NCBI GenBank assembly: GCA_963762795.1
Contig: CAVXMC010000002.1
Span: 765,951-829,950, forward strand
Source: an uncultured Actinomycetota bacterium
GTDB lineage: Bacteria > Actinomycetota > Actinomycetes > Mycobacteriales > SCTD01
Direction of reading: 5' to 3'
DNA: 64,000 nucleotides
Positions within the stretch are counted from its first letter, which is position 1; the number at the start of each line of letters is the position of its first letter. The notes under the pieces are model-generated. The model worked only from the letters and a program-made list of their open reading frames with translations, did not search any database and had not been told where the DNA came from. The translations under genes were made by a program, and so were the position numbers. Positions 19,037 to 30,109 of the stretch are shown one piece after another.

Positions 19037-20013
19037 CGCCGGCTCGCCAGCATCGCGAACGGCGACGGCCCGGCGCCGCTCTCCGCGTCGCGCAGCGTCG
19101 AGCCGGTGTGCGCGAGGAAGACGTCGTCCAGGCTGGGCCGCGTCACCGTGACCGACCGGATGCCGACGCCGAGCCCGGCGAACAGCCGCGGGACGAACGC
19201 CGCGCCCTCCGGCACGGCGATGCTCACGGCTCCTTCGCGTACGGAGGCGTCGAGCCCGAACCGCTCGGACAGCGCGCGGATCGCCGCGGCGTCGTCGTCG
19301 GTCGTGATGGTGACGCGGTCGGCGCCCACCTGCGCCTTGAGGTTGTCGGGGGTGTCGAGCGCGACGATGCGACCGTCGTTGACGATGGCGATGCGGTCGC
19401 AGTGCTCCGCCTCGTCCATGTAGTGCGTGGTCACGAAGACGGTGATCTCCTCGGTGCGGTGGAGCTCGCCCACGTAGTCCCAGATCGACGCGCGGGTCTG
19501 CGGGTCGAGGCCGACCGTCGGCTCGTCGAGGAAGAGCACCGACGGCGAGTGCAGCAGCCCGCGGGCGATCTCGAGGCGCCGCCGCATCCCGCCGGAGTAG
19601 GTCTGCACCGGGTCGCCGCGGCGCTCCCAGAGACCGACCATCTCGAGCACCTCCTGCCGGCGGCCGGCGGCGGTGCCGCGGTCCACGCCGTACAGCTCGC
19701 CGTGGAAGCGCAGGTTCTGCTCCCCCGACAGGTAGCCGTCGAGCGTCGGCTCCTGGAACACCAGCCCGATGTGGCGGCGCACCTGGTCGCGGTCGGTGCG
19801 GACGTCGAAGCCGGCCACCTCGGCCGTCCCGCTCGTCGCCTCGACCAGCGTGCAGAGCACCTTGATGGTCGTCGACTTGCCGGCGCCGTTCGGGCCGAGG
19901 AAGCCGAACGTCTCGCCCGCCTCGACGTCGAGGTCGAGACCGCGCACGGCCTCCACCTGCTTGTAGCGCTTGACCAGGTCGCGCACCCGGATCGCCTGCT
20001 GGGCCATGTCCAC
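19033..20013 (-). CDS. ABC transporter ATP-binding protein (DrrA-like)
   Basis: The ORF-track gives 326 aa with Walker A GPNGAGKST, the signature YSGGMRRRL and Walker B LLFLDEPT. A GGAGAG sequence lies 6 nt upstream of the GTG. Confidence 0.9.
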   Translation of the reverse strand: MDMAQQAIRVRDLVKRYKQVEAVRGLDLDVEAGETFGFLGPNGAGKSTTIKVLCTLVEATSGTAEVAGFDVRTDRDQVRRHIGLVFQEPTLDGYLSGEQNLRFHGELYGVDRGTAAGRRQEVLEMVGLWERRGDPVQTYSGGMRRRLEIARGLLHSPSVLFLDEPTVGLDPQTRASIWDYVGELHRTEEITVFVTTHYMDEAEHCDRIAIVNDGRIVALDTPDNLKAQVGADRVTITTDDDAAAIRALSERFGLDASVREGAVSIAVPEGAAFVPRLFAGLGVGIRSVTVTRPSLDDVFLAHTGSTLRDAESGAGPSPFAMLASRR

Positions 20014-20086
20014 CCCGTCTCTCCAACGTTGTCAGGGACACTGCTCTCGCGGCGATCCGAGCGGCAACCGAGTTGGCGGAGGTCCC

Positions 20087-20472
20087 GTGGCGCTGACGCG
20101 GGACGAGGTCGTCGCCACCGCCGTGCGGCTGCTCGACGAGGTCGGGCTCGAGGGGCTCACCCTGCGGCGGCTGGCCGCCGAGCTGGGCGTCTCGGCGCCG
20201 ACGCTCTACTGGCACGTCAAGGACAAGCGGACCCTGCTCGACCTCATGTCCGACGCCCTGGTGGCGTCGCAGCGCCCGGCGCTGGAGCCCGCGCCCGGGC
20301 AGCCCTGGCACGAGTGGCTGGAGGGCGTCGCGTGGGCGCAGTACCGCGCCGATGAGCCGGGCAGCCGTCGGCCCGGACGGCGCCGTCACCGACGACGCCG
20401 TCCTGGACGCGGTGCGCGCGGCCGTACGGGCGCTGGTGGCCCACGTCGGAGCGGCCCCAGCAGGCGACCTGA
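20087..20472 (+). pseudogene. TetR-family regulator, truncated after the DNA-binding domain
   Basis: The HTH is intact from the GTG at 20087 (VALTRDEVVATAVRLLDEVGLEGLTLRRLAAELGVSAPTLYWHVKDKRTLLDLM). The sequence loses family character after ...EWLEGVAWAQYRA (~20350). Only about 120 nt remain before the convergent crotonase stop at 20474. The stated end is a frame-1 TGA and is tentative. Confidence 0.5.
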
Positions 20473-20473
20473 C

Positions 20474-21316
20474 CTACGGCTGGTCGACCTCGGCGAACTG
20501 GGGGTCGCGCTTCTCGAAGAACGCCTTGACCGCCTCGACCTGGTTCGGCGAGCCGATGAGGCGGCCGATGGTGTCGCGCTCCAGCGCGAACTGCTCGGCC
20601 AGCGTCCGCGACCCGATGCCGTCGAGCAGGCGCTTGGCGCCCCGGGTGGCGTGCGGCGACTTGGCGGCGATCTCGCGGGCCAGGGCCATCGCGGCGGCGA
20701 GCGGGTCGTCCGAGACGCTGGTGACCACGCCCAGCTCGGCCGCCTCGGTGCCGCTGAGCATCCGGCCGGTCCAGACCAGCTCCTTGAGCACGTCCTGCTT
20801 GACCAGGCCCTGCAAGGTCACCGTGGCCGTCATGTCGGGGGTGAGGCCCCAGCGCGACTCGAGCACCGACAGCTTGGCGTCGGGTGCGGCGATCCGGATG
20901 TCGGCGCCGAGGGCGACCTGCAGGCCGCCGCCGAGGCAGGCGCCGTGCACCGCGGCGATCACGGGGACGGGGACCTCGGTCCAGACCCAGGCCGCCTGCT
21001 GGCCGAGGTGGGTGATCCGGCCGTCCATGCCGCCGATCTCCGACGTGCTGCCGTCGTCGGTCGCGTCCGCGCTGATGCGCGGGCCGTCGCCGCTGGCCAT
21101 GGCCTGGAAGGAGCCGAAGTCCAGGCCGGCGCAGAACGAGCGTCCCTCGCCCGAGAGGACGACGGCGCGCAGGCCGCGCAGGGTCTTGAGCTGCTCGCCC
21201 GCGTCGGCCAGCCCGCGGAACATGGCCGGGTCCAGGGCGTTCATCTTGTCCGCGCGGTTGAGCCGGACGTCGGCCACCCCGTCGTCGCCGAGTGCGATCG
21301 TGACCCTGTCGCTCAT
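20474..21316 (-). CDS. enoyl-CoA hydratase/isomerase (crotonase) family protein
   Basis: This is ORF 20474..21580 from MSDRVTIAL (residue 89). The crotonase motifs LNRADKMNAL...GEGRSFCAGLD...AAVHGACLGGGLQ are present. Confidence 0.85.
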   Translation of the reverse strand: MSDRVTIALGDDGVADVRLNRADKMNALDPAMFRGLADAGEQLKTLRGLRAVVLSGEGRSFCAGLDFGSFQAMASGDGPRISADATDDGSTSEIGGMDGRITHLGQQAAWVWTEVPVPVIAAVHGACLGGGLQVALGADIRIAAPDAKLSVLESRWGLTPDMTATVTLQGLVKQDVLKELVWTGRMLSGTEAAELGVVTSVSDDPLAAAMALAREIAAKSPHATRGAKRLLDGIGSRTLAEQFALERDTIGRLIGSPNQVEAVKAFFEKRDPQFAEVDQP

Positions 21317-21491
21317 GCCTGACTCCTCGTCCGCGCGCCGCACCGCTGCGGCGACCTGCAGGCAGCGTCCTGCACGCGCCGCCTGATGTCGACGCCGGGG
21401 CCTGCCGAGCGCTCGTACGGGACGACGCGGCCAGGCACGGCTGTCAGGGCCCCACCGGGGCCCTGACCTGCGTCTGCGCTGTCGCGCTGGG

Positions 21492-21574
21492 TGGGCGAGG
21501 GGGGAGTTGAACCCCCACGTCCTTTCGGACACACGGACCTGAACCGTGCGCGTCTGCCATTCCGCCACTCGCCC
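21492..21574 (-). tRNA. tRNA-Leu (anticodon CAG)
   Basis: The reverse complement folds by hand. The acceptor stem is GGGCGAG/CTCGCCC. The anticodon stem CACGG/CCGTG carries the loop TTCAGGT. A long variable arm and the T arm GGGGG-TTCAACT-CCCCC are present. CCA is not encoded. Confidence 0.9.
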
Positions 21575-21686
21575 GAGCACTTGCCTGGATGGCGGGGCGA
21601 GGCTAGCACGCAGCGGCGGTCACGCTGGGTGATCGCCCTCACGGCGGTCGCGGATACGATCACCTCTCTCGGGGAAGGGGGTCGGC

Positions 21687-22400
21687 GTGGGTGTGCTGCA
21701 GCGCTTCGAGCGACGGCTCGAGGGACTCGTCGAGGGGACGTTCGCCAAGGTCTTCGGCGGCGTCGTCCAACCGGTCGAGATCGCTGCTGCCCTGCAGCGG
21801 GAGGCCCAGGACAAGAAGGCCATCGTCGGCCACGGCCGGGTCCTCGTCCCCAACGACTACGTCGTCGAGCTGGGTGCCAGCGACGCCGAGCGCCTGGGGT
21901 CCTACGACTCCGCGCTGCGCAGCGAGCTGGCCGGCATGCTCCGCGACCACGCCGGCGAGCAGGGCTGGTCCTTCGTCGGGCCGGTCGAGGTGTCGCTCGA
22001 GCAGGTCGACGACCTCGGCACCGGCGTCTTCCGCGTCCGCAGCAGCGTCAGCGCGCCGGACAAGGTCCGCAGCCGACTCCCACCGCAGGGCACCCGCACC
22101 GCGCCGGGGCGTCCCCGCCTCGTCCTGCTCTCCGGCGGCGAGGGCGAGCGGTCCTTCCCCATCACGCAGCCCGTCACCGTCCTCGGCCGAGGCTCCGAGG
22201 CCGACGTCCGCGTCGTCGACACCGGCGTCTCGCGGCGCCACGCCGAGCTGCACCTCGACGGCGACGGGGTGCGCCTCGTCGACCTGCAGTCCACCAACGG
22301 CACCCTGCTCAACGGCTCCCGGGTGTCGACCTCGATGCTGTCCGACGGGGACCGCGTCGAGCTCGGGACCACCGCGCTGATCTACCGACAGGACGAGTAG
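21687..22400 (+). CDS. fhaA: FHA-domain protein FhaA (DUF3662 + FHA)
   Basis: The ORF-track gives 237 aa. It carries MGVLQRFERRLEGLVEGTFAKVF and a C-terminal FHA domain (LGRGSEADVRVVDTGVSRRHAEL...STNGTLLNG). Confidence 0.85.
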   Translation: MGVLQRFERRLEGLVEGTFAKVFGGVVQPVEIAAALQREAQDKKAIVGHGRVLVPNDYVVELGASDAERLGSYDSALRSELAGMLRDHAGEQGWSFVGPVEVSLEQVDDLGTGVFRVRSSVSAPDKVRSRLPPQGTRTAPGRPRLVLLSGGEGERSFPITQPVTVLGRGSEADVRVVDTGVSRRHAELHLDGDGVRLVDLQSTNGTLLNGSRVSTSMLSDGDRVELGTTALIYRQDE

Positions 22401-22884
22401 TGGGTTCCGCTCTGGTCGTGGCCGTCGTCAAGTACGGCCTGCTCCTGCTCCTGTGGCTGTTCGTCGTCGCCGCCGTCCGCACGGTCCGGTCCGACCTGTT
22501 CGGGTCCAGCCGACCGCGTACGGCCACCGCCGCCGCACCTGCCGCTGCCCCGCGGGCTCCCGCGGCCGCGCCGGCCCGCGGCGCCAAGCCGCGCAGCCAG
22601 GCCCGCCGGCTGGTCGTGACCGAGGGCGCCCTCGCCGGCACCGCCGTGACGCTGACGGACGAGCCGGTGACCCTGGGCCGGGCCGACGACTCGACCCTGG
22701 TGCTGACCGACGACTACGCCTCCACCCGCCACGCCCGGCTCGTGCCCGGCGACGGCGCCTGGATGGTCGAGGACCTCGGCTCGACCAACGGCACCTACCT
22801 GTCCGGCGCCAAGGTCACCCGGCCCACGCCGGTCCCGATCGGCCAGCAGATCCGCATCGGCAAGACGGTGCTGGAGCTGCGCCG

Positions 22885-22888
<4 letters not shown>
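22400..22888 (+). CDS. fhaB: FHA-domain membrane protein FhaB
   Basis: A GTG at 22400 shares one base with the fhaA TAG stop. The protein has an N-terminal TM helix and an FHA domain (LGRADDSTLVLTDDYASTRHARL...STNGTYLSG). Confidence 0.85.
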
Positions 22889-24152
<1,264 letters not shown>

Positions 24153-24156
<4 letters not shown>

Positions 24157-25565
24157 GCGCCGCGACCGTCACGCCCGGGCCGCGCACCCGGCGGGGCACC
24201 GAGCTCTTCTTCACGCTGTTCGCGGTCGCGCTCGCGGTGCTCGCCTACGCCGCCGTCGGCCTCGCGCAGGACGGCCAGCTGCCGGCCGGCACCCTGGGCT
24301 ACGGGCTCGGCCTCGGCGGCCTGTTCCTCGCCGCGCACGTCGCGGTGCGCCGCCTCGCGCCGTACGCCGACCCGCTCATCATCCCGTGCGTGGCCCTGCT
24401 CAACGGCCTCGGGCTGGTGCTCATCCGCCGGCTGGACTACGACGCGATGGAGCGGGCGCAGTCGCGCGGCCGGGCCATCCCGCGGGCCGACGCACCGCTG
24501 CAGCTGATCTGGACCGCGGTCGGCATCGTGCTGTTCATCGGCGTGCTGCTGGTCGTGCGCGAGCACACCCGGCTCGCCCGCTACACCTACACCTGCGCAG
24601 CCGTCGGCCTGGTCTGCCTGCTGCTGCCCGGCCTGCCGGTGCTCGGTCAGACCATCAACGGCGCCCGGCTGTGGATCCGCGTCGGCCCGATGACGGTGCA
24701 GCCCAGCGAGATCGCGAAGCTGCTGCTGATCATCTTCTTCGCCGGCTACCTGGTGTCCAAGCGCGACGTGCTGTCGCTGGCCAGCCGGCGCGTGCTCGGC
24801 ATCGACTTCCCGCGCGCCCGCGACCTCGGGCCGGTCCTGCTCGCCTGGGCCGCGTCGCTCGCGGTGCTCGTGCGCGAGAAGGACCTCGGCAGCTCGCTGC
24901 TGTTCTTCGGCATCTTCATCGTGATGCTGTACGTCGCGACCGAGCGCACCAGCTGGCTGCTCATCGGCCTGGGGCTGTTCCTCGGCGGGGCGTTCGTCGC
25001 GTACACGCTCTTCACGCACGTGCAGCAGCGCGTCGACACGTGGCTGGACCCCTTCGCCGACGCCGGCGGTGACGGCTACCAGCTGGTGCAGGGGCTCTTC
25101 GGCTTCGGCAGCGGCGGCCTGACCGGGACGGGGCTCGGCGAGGGCAGCCCCGGCACGGTGCCCTTCGCCAAGACCGACTTCATCCTGGCCACCATCGGCG
25201 AGGAGCTCGGCCTGTTCGGCGTCATGGCGGTGCTGATGCTGTTCGCGCTCATCGTCGAGCGCGGGCTGCGGACGGCGCTCGCCTGCCGCGACTCCTTCGG
25301 CAAGCTGCTCGCCGTCGGGCTGTCGTTCGCCCTGGGGCTGCAGGTGTTCGTCATCGTCGGCGGCGTCACGCGGCTCATCCCGCTGACCGGCGTCACGCTG
25401 CCCTGGCTGTCGTACGGCGGCTCGTCGATCGTCGCCAACTGGGCCCTCGTCGCGCTGCTGCTGCGGGTGTCCGACGCGGCGCGCCGGCCGGCGCCCGCGC
25501 CCATCGCTCCTGAGGCTGCGCGCGCGGTCGTCGAGGAGGCGCGCACGACGGTGGTGCGCCGGTGA
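24153..25565 (+). CDS. rodA: FtsW/RodA/SpoVE family peptidoglycan glycosyltransferase
   Basis: The GTG start overlaps the pstP stop. This is a polytopic SEDS protein (...QPSEIAKLLLIIFFAGYL...TDFILATIGEELG...GVTLPWLSYGGSS). Confidence 0.9.
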
Positions 25566-27031
25566 ACGCCCCTCTGCGCCGCGTCGCCGTCGCGGTCCTC
25601 GTGCTGTTCGGCCTGCTGATGGTCAACGTCAACTACGTGCAGGTCGTGAAGGGCAGCGACTACCGCGACGACCCGCGCAACGCCCGCGTGCTGCTGCGTC
25701 AGTTCGACCGCGAGCGCGGGCCCATCGTCATCGGCACGGGGTCGGGCAGCAAGGCGCTGGCCACGTCGCGCGAGACCGACGACCGCCTGAAGTACCTGCG
25801 CACCTATCCCGGTGGCGAGGTCTACGCGCACGCCACCGGCTTCTCCTCCCTCGTCTACGGCAACAGCGGCCTGGAGCGCACCGAGAACCAGGTGCTCTCC
25901 GGCGAGGCCGACGAGCTGTTCGTGCGCCGGCTCTCGGACTACGTCACCGGCCGCGAGCCCGAGGGCGGTCGCGTCGCCGTGACGCTGCAGCAGGGCGCGC
26001 AGCAGGCGGCGTACGACGCGCTCGGCAACCGCAAGGGCGCCGCCGTCGCCGTCGACCCGAAGACCGGCGCGATCCTCGCGATGGTCAGCCGCCCGTCGTA
26101 CGACCCGGCCGACCTGTCCACCCACGACCCGGCCGGGATCCGCGCGGCGTACGAGCGGCTGAACGACGACCCGAACCGCCCGATGCGCAACCGCGCCCTG
26201 GACGAGACCTACCCGCCCGGTTCCACCTTCAAGGTCATCACGGCCGCGGCCGCGCTGATGAACGGGAAGGTCGCCGACCCGGAGACGCGCATCCCCTCAC
26301 CGACGACGCTGCTGCTGCCGCAGACCACGCGGCCGCTGCCCAACTTCGGCGGGGAGACCTGCGGCGACGGCAAGACGTCGACGCTCGCCGACGCGCTGCG
26401 CATCTCCTGCAACACCGCGTTCGCGCAGCTCGGCCTCGACATCGGTCGCGACGAGCTGCAGAAGCAGGCCGAGGCGTTCGGCTTCGGCGACGACGGCCTG
26501 ACCGTGCCGCTGAGCACCGCCACCAGCGTCTTCCCCGACGACCTGAACCCGCCTGGTCTCGGCCAGTCGGCGATCGGCCAGTTCGAGGTGCGCGCGACGC
26601 CGCTGCAGATGGCCATGGTCGCGGCCGGCATCGCCAACCGCGGTGAGGTCATGAAGCCCTACCTCGTGCGCGAGGTGCAGGCGGCTGACCTCTCCGTCCT
26701 GCGCACGGCCGACGAGGAGGTCTACAACCGCGCGGTCTCCGAGAAGGTCGCCGGCCAGCTGACGTCGATGATGGAGCTCGTCGTCAACGAGGGCACCGGC
26801 TCGCGGGCGCAGATCCCCGGCGTACGCGTCGCCGGCAAGACCGGCACCGCGCAGACCGGTGGGGGCCGCGCAGCGCACGCGTGGTTCATCGGCTTCGCGC
26901 CGGCCGAGGACCCGAAGGTCGCCGTCGCGGTCATCGTGGAGAACGGCGGCAACACCGGCTCGGAGGCGACCGGCGGCCAGGTCGCGGCGCCCATCGCGCA
27001 GGCGGTCATGCGGGCGGTGCTGGGGAAGTGA
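25562..27031 (+). CDS. pbpA: penicillin-binding protein A (class B transpeptidase)
   Basis: The ORF-track gives 489 aa. The SxxK (PGSTFK), SxN (SCN) and KTG (AGKTGTA) motifs are present. The start overlaps the rodA stop. Confidence 0.9.
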   Translation: MNAPLRRVAVAVLVLFGLLMVNVNYVQVVKGSDYRDDPRNARVLLRQFDRERGPIVIGTGSGSKALATSRETDDRLKYLRTYPGGEVYAHATGFSSLVYGNSGLERTENQVLSGEADELFVRRLSDYVTGREPEGGRVAVTLQQGAQQAAYDALGNRKGAAVAVDPKTGAILAMVSRPSYDPADLSTHDPAGIRAAYERLNDDPNRPMRNRALDETYPPGSTFKVITAAAALMNGKVADPETRIPSPTTLLLPQTTRPLPNFGGETCGDGKTSTLADALRISCNTAFAQLGLDIGRDELQKQAEAFGFGDDGLTVPLSTATSVFPDDLNPPGLGQSAIGQFEVRATPLQMAMVAAGIANRGEVMKPYLVREVQAADLSVLRTADEEVYNRAVSEKVAGQLTSMMELVVNEGTGSRAQIPGVRVAGKTGTAQTGGGRAAHAWFIGFAPAEDPKVAVAVIVENGGNTGSEATGGQVAAPIAQAVMRAVLGK

Positions 27032-28065
27032 CCGCCGGACCTGCCGTGGTCGCGGGTCGCTACGCGCTGGCCGACCGGATCGCGGTCGGTGGCATGGGTG
27101 AGGTGTGGCGGGCGGTCGACACGGTGCTGGAGCGGCCGGTGGCCGTGAAGCTGCTGCGCGCCGACCGGATGTCCGGACCCGACCGCGACCGCTTCCGCGC
27201 GGAGGCCCGGCACGCGGCTGCCCTGCAGCACACCGGCATCGCGTCGGTCTACGACTACGGCGAGGACGAGGACGGCGCGCGCGCCTGGCTCGTCATGGAG
27301 CTCGTCGACGGCGAGCCGCTGTCGCAGCTGCTGGCGCGCGAGGGCGCGCTCCCGGTCGACCGCGTCGTGCACCTCATCGGCCAGGCCGCGGCCGCCCTCG
27401 ACGCCGCGCACCGGTCCGGGGTCGTGCACCGCGACGTGAAGCCGGGCAACCTGCTCGTACGCCCCGACGGTGTCGTCAAGGTGACCGACTTCGGGATCGC
27501 GCGCGCGCTGGACGGGACGTCGAGCACCAACGGCCTGGTCGTCGGCACCGCCTTCTACCTGTCGCCGGAGCAGGCCGCGGGGCGCACCGTCACCCCCGCG
27601 TCCGACGTCTACGCGCTCGGCGTCGTGACGTTCGAGTGCCTCACCGGGGTGCGGCCGTTCGGCGGCACGACCATCGGGCAGATCGCCGGCGCGCACCTGC
27701 ACGACCCGCCGCCGCCGCTGCCGTCGGTGCTGCCCGCGGGCCTGCGCGCGCTGGTCGGGCGTGCCCTCGCCAAGGACCCGGCGGAGCGGCCGGCCAGCGC
27801 GGGCGCGTTCGGGACCGAGCTCGCTGCCGTACGCCTCAACCGACGCGTGCCGCGCGTGACCACTCCCGCCGCCGACGGCCGGGACCACCTGCACCGCCGC
27901 GGTCTGCGGCTCGCCCTGCCGCTCGTGGTCGTCGTCCTGCTCGTCCTGCTCGCCAAGCTGCTGCTCAGCACCGACGGGCCGTCGTCCTCCGCCCCCGGTC
28001 CCTCCGGCGCCGGTAGCGTCGGCGCGGTCGGAGCGACCGTCAGCGACGCGAGGGGCAGCAGGTGA
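27028..28065 (+). CDS. pknA: Ser/Thr protein kinase PknA
   Basis: The GTG start overlaps the pbpA stop. Hanks kinase motifs are present (GGMGEVW...VAVKLL...HRDVKPGNLL...DFGIA...SPEQ), followed by a C-terminal TM helix. Confidence 0.85.
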   Translation: MTAGPAVVAGRYALADRIAVGGMGEVWRAVDTVLERPVAVKLLRADRMSGPDRDRFRAEARHAAALQHTGIASVYDYGEDEDGARAWLVMELVDGEPLSQLLAREGALPVDRVVHLIGQAAAALDAAHRSGVVHRDVKPGNLLVRPDGVVKVTDFGIARALDGTSSTNGLVVGTAFYLSPEQAAGRTVTPASDVYALGVVTFECLTGVRPFGGTTIGQIAGAHLHDPPPPLPSVLPAGLRALVGRALAKDPAERPASAGAFGTELAAVRLNRRVPRVTTPAADGRDHLHRRGLRLALPLVVVVLLVLLAKLLLSTDGPSSSAPGPSGAGSVGAVGATVSDARGSR

Positions 28066-29783
28066 CCGAGCCGGACACGCGCCAGCTCGGCGGCCGCTAC
28101 GAGCTCGGCGAGCTGCTCGGCGTCGGCGGCATGGCGCAGGTCTACCGCGGCGACGACGCGCGCCTCGGCCGGTCCGTCGCCATCAAGGTGCTGCGCCCGG
28201 ACCTCGCCCGCGACCCGGCGTTCCAGGCCCGCTTCCGCCGCGAGGCGCAGTCCGCCGCGTCGCTCAACGCGCCGTGCATCGTCTCGGTCTACGACACCGG
28301 CGAGGACGGCGGCGGCGTGCCGTTCATCGTCATGGAGCTGGTCGACGGCCGCACGCTGCGCGAGGTGCTGCAGACCGAGGGGCGGCTGCTGCCGCAGCGC
28401 GCGCTCGAGGTCGTCGCCGACGTCTGCGCCGCCCTGCAGGTCGCGCACGAGGCCGGCATCGTGCACCGCGACGTCAAGCCCGGCAACGTCATGCTCAACG
28501 CGACGGGCGACGTGAAGGTCATGGACTTCGGCATCGCGCGCGCGGTCGCCGACACTCGGTGACGATGACGCAGACCGCCTCCGTCATCGGCACCGCGGCC
28601 TACCTCTCCCCGGAGCAGGCCCGCGGCGAGCACGTCGACGCGCGCAGCGACCTCTACTCCACCGGCTGCCTGCTCTACGAGCTGCTCGCCGGCGCCCCGC
28701 CGTTCACGGGCGACAGCCCGGTCTCGGTCGCCTACCAGCACGTGCGCGAGGACCCGCGCCCGCCGAGCACGTACGACAGCACGCTGCCCCCCGACGTCGA
28801 CGCGGTCGTGCTCAAGGCGATGGCGAAGAACCCGGCCAACCGCTACCAGTCGGCCGCCGAGATGCGCGAGGACCTGCTGCGCGCCGCGGCCGGGGAGCCG
28901 GTCGCCGCGACGCCGGTCCTGGTCTCCAGCGGCCCCGCGGTCGGCGGCTCGACCGTGCTGCTGGCCACGCGTCCGGTCGGGCCCAGCGCGCAGAAGCGCA
29001 ACGTGGTCTACGGCCTGTTCGCCCTGCTGCTGCTGGCGATCGTGGTCGCCCTGGCCGCGCTGGTGCGCGCGCTGCTGGCCAACGACACCGGCGTCGTCGT
29101 CGCTCCCGAGGTGGTCGGGCTGAGCCAGTCGGAGGCCACCCGCGAGCTGGCTGCCGCGGGCCTGCGCATCGGCAAGGTGGAGCAGCGGTTCCGCGACGTG
29201 CCGGCCGGGACGGTGCTGTCGCAGAAGCCGCAGGAGGGCATCGTCGTCGACCAGGAGGGCGGCACCGTCGACCTCGTCATCAGCCGCGGCATCGAGCTCG
29301 GCGTGGTGCCGCAGGTCGTCGGTGCGCAGCGCGAGGACGCCGAGCGCGTCGTCGCCGACGCCGGCCTCAACGTCGAGGACGTCGTCCTTCCGCAACGGCA
29401 ACATCCCGGCCGGCACCGTGCTCGAGATCTCGCCTGCGCCGGGCCAGCAGGTCCGGGCGCACACCTCGGTGCGCCTCGTCGTCGCGACCGGCCGCGTCGA
29501 GGTCCCTGACGTACGCGGCCGCACCGTCGACGAGGCCGTCCAGCTGCTCGCCCGGGCCGGGGTGTCCGTGGCGGTCGAGCCCATCCCGGACCCGCGTCCG
29601 GTGGGCCAGGTCATCGAGCAGCCGTCCGCGGGTGACGCGGTCGACCGCGGCGAGCGGGTGCGCATCGGCGTCGCCCAGGCGCCGCCGCCCCCGCCGGCCG
29701 AGCCCTCCCCGGTGCCTTCTGCCGCGGCGTCGGCCCCACCGCCCGAGCGCGACGCGTCACCGGCGCCCAGCCCGTCCGCCTGA
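28062..29783 (+). CDS. pknB: PASTA-domain Ser/Thr protein kinase PknB (two frame breaks, near 28555 and 29388)
   Basis: The kinase domain lies in ORF 28062..28562. The activation loop onward (SVTMTQTASVIGTAAYLSPEQ), the TM helix and the first PASTA repeats lie in the frame of ORF 28274..29509. The last PASTA repeat and the Pro-rich tail lie in ORF 29322..29783. The first junction needs one base added and the second one base removed. Confidence 0.85.
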
Positions 29784-29906
29784 CGGAGCCGGGCCCTGCA
29801 CCGCACGGGCGGCCGGCCCTGCTGACCGGTCGGCATCTGATCGGCGACGGCTGCGTGAGCGTGGCTGCTGGAGTGGTCACGAGTGTCCGACGGACCGCCG
29901 CGGTGG

Positions 29907-30001
29907 CACTCCGCCAACGGCGGACACAGCCTGATCGTCGTCGGGGGCTCGTGCCGCTGCTCTGAGCGTGCCGACGCGGCGGAGTGGATCAGGCTGTGTC
30001 C
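29907..30001. repeat. crossing inverted repeats (9-bp A/A' and perfect 15-bp B/B') in the pknB-trpG convergent spacer
   Basis: The four elements are A CACTCCGCC at 29907-29915, B GGACACAGCCTGATC at 29922-29936, A' GGCGGAGTG at 29978-29986 and B' GATCAGGCTGTGTCC at 29987-30001. Positions were verified against the translation of ORF 29883. Confidence 0.6.
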
Positions 30002-30109
30002 CGGATCGGCCGTCCTGCAGACATCCGGCGGCGCACCGCGCGGCGTGGGATCGCGGACGGCCGGGCGCGCCCTGCCCTCAGGACCGGCCGGGGCCCACCT
30101 GAGGAGGCG

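Noticed and set aside
15276-21574. I considered whether a genomic island is integrated at tRNA-Leu, covering TetR/MMPL, the ABC exporter, the truncated TetR and the crotonase.
   Set aside because: There is no integrase, recombinase or transposase, no direct repeat of the tRNA 3' end, and no compositional change visible by eye.
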